Source: a virus
IMG/VR virus record: IMGVR_UViG_3300045988_179268
Span: 224,001-288,000 of that record
Length of the DNA stretch: 64,000 nucleotides
Direction: 5' to 3' (one strand)
Under the pieces are notes generated by a model. The model searched no databases. It was not told the origin of the DNA and saw nothing but the letters and a program-made list of their open reading frames with translations. This document shows positions 61,637 to 64,000 of this stretch, piece after piece. Made by a program: the position numbers and the translations under genes. The number at the start of each line of letters is the position of its first letter. Position 1 is the stretch's first letter.

Positions 61637-61973
61637 AAGAGTTACCTCAATCATATAGAGTTATTATTTACAGGTGCATTGCAGTGCCAGGGCAACATCT
61701 AGGACGCTACCTTTATATGGCATGTTCATGCACCGCGACAGTGGAAAATCCGCCTGTCATGGCAAGATATAGCGCGTTACGCATCTTGACCAGTAGAACC
61801 TAGATGCTTAGGAGTATCCTTGAGGCACCCAAGACGCGAAAGATAAATCTCAGCGCCGAAACAGGTTCGATACCTCAAGTTTAGCATAACCACTCGCCAA
61901 AACTTGGTTTTTCAAAAGATTTAACAGTGAAACACCTCACACAAAAAAATAATATAAATCCGGTATAATGGGC

Positions 61974-62001
61974 TTGCAACCCACCTGGACTGTGCTATAC
62001 T
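61974..62001 (+). promoter_or_regulatory. promoter (TTGCAA-16 nt-TATACT with TGTGC extension)
   Basis: GCTTGCAACCCACCTGGACTGTGCTATACT. Confidence 0.55.
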
Positions 62002-62007
62002 TGTGTT

Positions 62008-62240
62008 ACGGGGCGACTTAACCCGCCGCTCCCTAACATAACCCTTGCAGGTCTAACCCGCCTGCATCCCATTGCTTAGAAACTCTCCTGCACTACCTGA
62101 ATCCATCACCAACAGGTAAGAGAGTATCATCTAAGTAAGTAGGGGCACGCCTAACACCACCATAACCACCCGGCGTGCCCCTACATCACCCCAAGTGGAG
62201 TCGCATAAACAAACCCCGTTTATGTGACTCCACTTTTTTG
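62008..62240 (+). ncRNA. candidate small RNA or attenuating leader
   Basis: Lies between promoter 61974-62001 and two hairpins, AGGGGCACGCC..GGCGTGCCCCT (62142-62183) and GTGGAGTCGCATAAAC..GTTTATGTGACTCCAC followed by TTTTTT (62195-62240). No ORF. Confidence 0.4.
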
Positions 62241-62309
62241 CTATGTACGCAATATGCCTACCATTAAACTGTAGGACACACATAAATAGAAGAAGAAAGA
62301 CCTAAAAAC

Positions 62310-63545
62310 ATGACAACACAAACAACAGGGACAGATTCTCCTCCGAAATACCATCTCAACAACGATAACGACTTCGGTAAATGTGACGCGAAAGAAGCAG
62401 AGAGGTGCCCTTACCGAGATAATCCGCATGGGTCACTGAACCACGTCTGCACCATTGCTGAACAGATGTCCAATGATAAGTTTGCCCCAAAGTATGCTCG
62501 CGAAAAAGCAAGACGTGAAGCATATGAAGCGAAACGTGCGCAAAAGATGGCATCGGAAAAGGCAGACGCGAAAAAAGTTGGTTCAGACACCACTCCAGCC
62601 ACTCAACCAAATGCTGACGCTAAGCCCAAACCATCAGCCACCAAGCCGCCATCTCCTAAGCCTGGCATCCCTAAACCAGGTAGTATGCCGCACCCAACGC
62701 CACCCAACGCCAGTAAGCCACGCACATTACCTAACGCTAAGTCGATAGCTGATACGCCTCTCCAGCCTGGCGACATAAAAGTTTCAGGTCTTAATGGGCG
62801 CACTTATATTCTTCCTTCACCGAAAGAGCGAACACCTCAGACGGAAGAAGAGTACTTAGTTGAACTGGAAAAGCAACGCATCTACCTAGATAGGGCAAGG
62901 TACATCACTGACCGTGATGCAAAGATGCGTGACCCTAAGACTCCGGCGCGGGAGGTTCGTAGATTACAGCGTGAACTTGACCGGGAGAAGTCTAAGGCTG
63001 AGGAAAATGGTGTGCCGTGGGATGTTCCTCAGATTCTTTCATTGTGGGCTTTTAAACAGAGAACTGCCCGTAAAAAGGGTACTCGCGCGCATTGGCCCCG
63101 TCTCACGAAGGGTCAAAGGCAAATCACTTATCAGCAGATGGATGAGGCAAGCATCGAAAGGTTCCATCAGCATGTGAAAGCCATCAACCCGGTCACACTT
63201 GATTTCAGTCAGCATGTGTATGAGAAACTAGCCACGGGGAAACTGGCAGGGCTGACGGCGGAAGATGTATACTTCACGCTTCAATCGTATAACCCTGGCA
63301 CATATTCCATCACAGAATACGACGATAAACGTAAATCTGGGCGGTCTATCAGTATTCGTTCAAAGGAGTATAGTCGTGTTATCGCCCCTGAGAAGGGTGC
63401 ACCGCCGGAAGAGTGCAACCTCATCCTAGTTATCAGTATCGACCCGCCACATCAGCAGGTAGTTACCGCGTATTGGAAGCCTGTGAATCAGTTCCCGAAA
63501 GAGTCCGGTATTCGATTTAAAGACCGTTGGCTCAAGGTCACATAA
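62310..63545 (+). CDS. hypothetical protein with Lys/Pro-rich linker
   Basis: Long ORF. N-terminal Cys/His cluster (CDAKEAERCPYRDNPHG), then a basic P/K-rich region. Confidence 0.75.
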   Translation: MTTQTTGTDSPPKYHLNNDNDFGKCDAKEAERCPYRDNPHGSLNHVCTIAEQMSNDKFAPKYAREKARREAYEAKRAQKMASEKADAKKVGSDTTPATQPNADAKPKPSATKPPSPKPGIPKPGSMPHPTPPNASKPRTLPNAKSIADTPLQPGDIKVSGLNGRTYILPSPKERTPQTEEEYLVELEKQRIYLDRARYITDRDAKMRDPKTPAREVRRLQRELDREKSKAEENGVPWDVPQILSLWAFKQRTARKKGTRAHWPRLTKGQRQITYQQMDEASIERFHQHVKAINPVTLDFSQHVYEKLATGKLAGLTAEDVYFTLQSYNPGTYSITEYDDKRKSGRSISIRSKEYSRVIAPEKGAPPEECNLILVISIDPPHQQVVTAYWKPVNQFPKESGIRFKDRWLKVT

Positions 63546-63602
63546 CAATGATAGCTATATGTTATGCAACACGAACTTAATGTGAAGGAATAATTACGAA
63601 AA

Positions 63603-64000
63603 ATGGCACGCCCCCAATACCCAGTCATCACGCTTACTTACGAGAATAGGCGAACAGGCACATATCGAGTTATCATCGCTCCCGGTGTAACTGTTCAATC
63701 GGAAACGGGCGACATTCCCTTAGAGGATGTAGCGGCGAAAGCACGCATCACATTCAAAATGAGGGAAAGACTCACCAGTGACAGGGATAGCCTCTACAAA
63801 ACGTTAGAAGACGTTTGTACAAACCCGAACATTCGCAGTAAGCCCGAGTTGTGGCGCATTATCGTACTTAGCGACGATGACCTAGAAACTGTATCCGACT
63901 TGTGTACAAGTGAGAACGTCGAAGTTGCGGAGATGACGCTTCGTGAAATTGGTCAGCGGGCTAAACAGGTGTATGATGGTTCCTTGGAACCTGTTAGAAA
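63603..64000 (+). CDS. hypothetical protein (3' end beyond the window)
   Basis: ATG 63603 (MARPQYPVITL..). The frame stays open to the window end. Not in the track because it is incomplete. Confidence 0.55.
   Translation, partial: MARPQYPVITLTYENRRTGTYRVIIAPGVTVQSETGDIPLEDVAAKARITFKMRERLTSDRDSLYKTLEDVCTNPNIRSKPELWRIIVLSDDDLETVSDLCTSENVEVAEMTLREIGQRAKQVYDGSLEPVR

Overview
The window looks like part of a large dsDNA bacteriophage or prophage genome. It has about 57 mostly plus-strand CDS, and I can assign a function to only a few: a T4 Rnl1-like RNA ligase, two TnpB-like RuvC nucleases, two AAA+/vWA pairs and an HU protein. A recurring extended -10 promoter motif (aTGTGGTACACT, often with TTGCAA at -35) precedes most gene blocks, and many are closed by hairpin terminators. 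The main feature is 16.0-23.2 kb. It holds at least 25 tRNA genes interleaved with 13 copies of a ~140-150 nt RNA module whose structure is supported by covariation. Each module ends in a type I-E-like CRISPR repeat hairpin and is followed by 0-3 spacer-repeat units; four spacers are exactly 33 nt. I recognise no cas genes anywhere in the 64 kb. I do not recognise the module as a known RNA family. The layout (tRNA, scaffold, spacer, repeat, tRNA) resembles a natural tRNA-processed guide-RNA polycistron. It could feed a host type I-E Cascade, act as an RNA anti-CRISPR decoy, or guide the phage TnpB-like nucleases. Other notable points: (1) a tRNA with anticodon UCA and its own promoter, alongside near-absence of TGA stops (3 of ~57), two of which are followed by open in-frame ORFs; (2) a 1.1 kb ORF-free region after TnpB-like gene 1; (3) a ~2.2 kb block that is about 90% G+T on the plus strand; (4) an eight-member family of beta-helix plus Cys/His-motif proteins covering about 10 kb; (5) several non-canonical tRNA-like elements. 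All coordinates and folds were done by eye and need computational confirmation.
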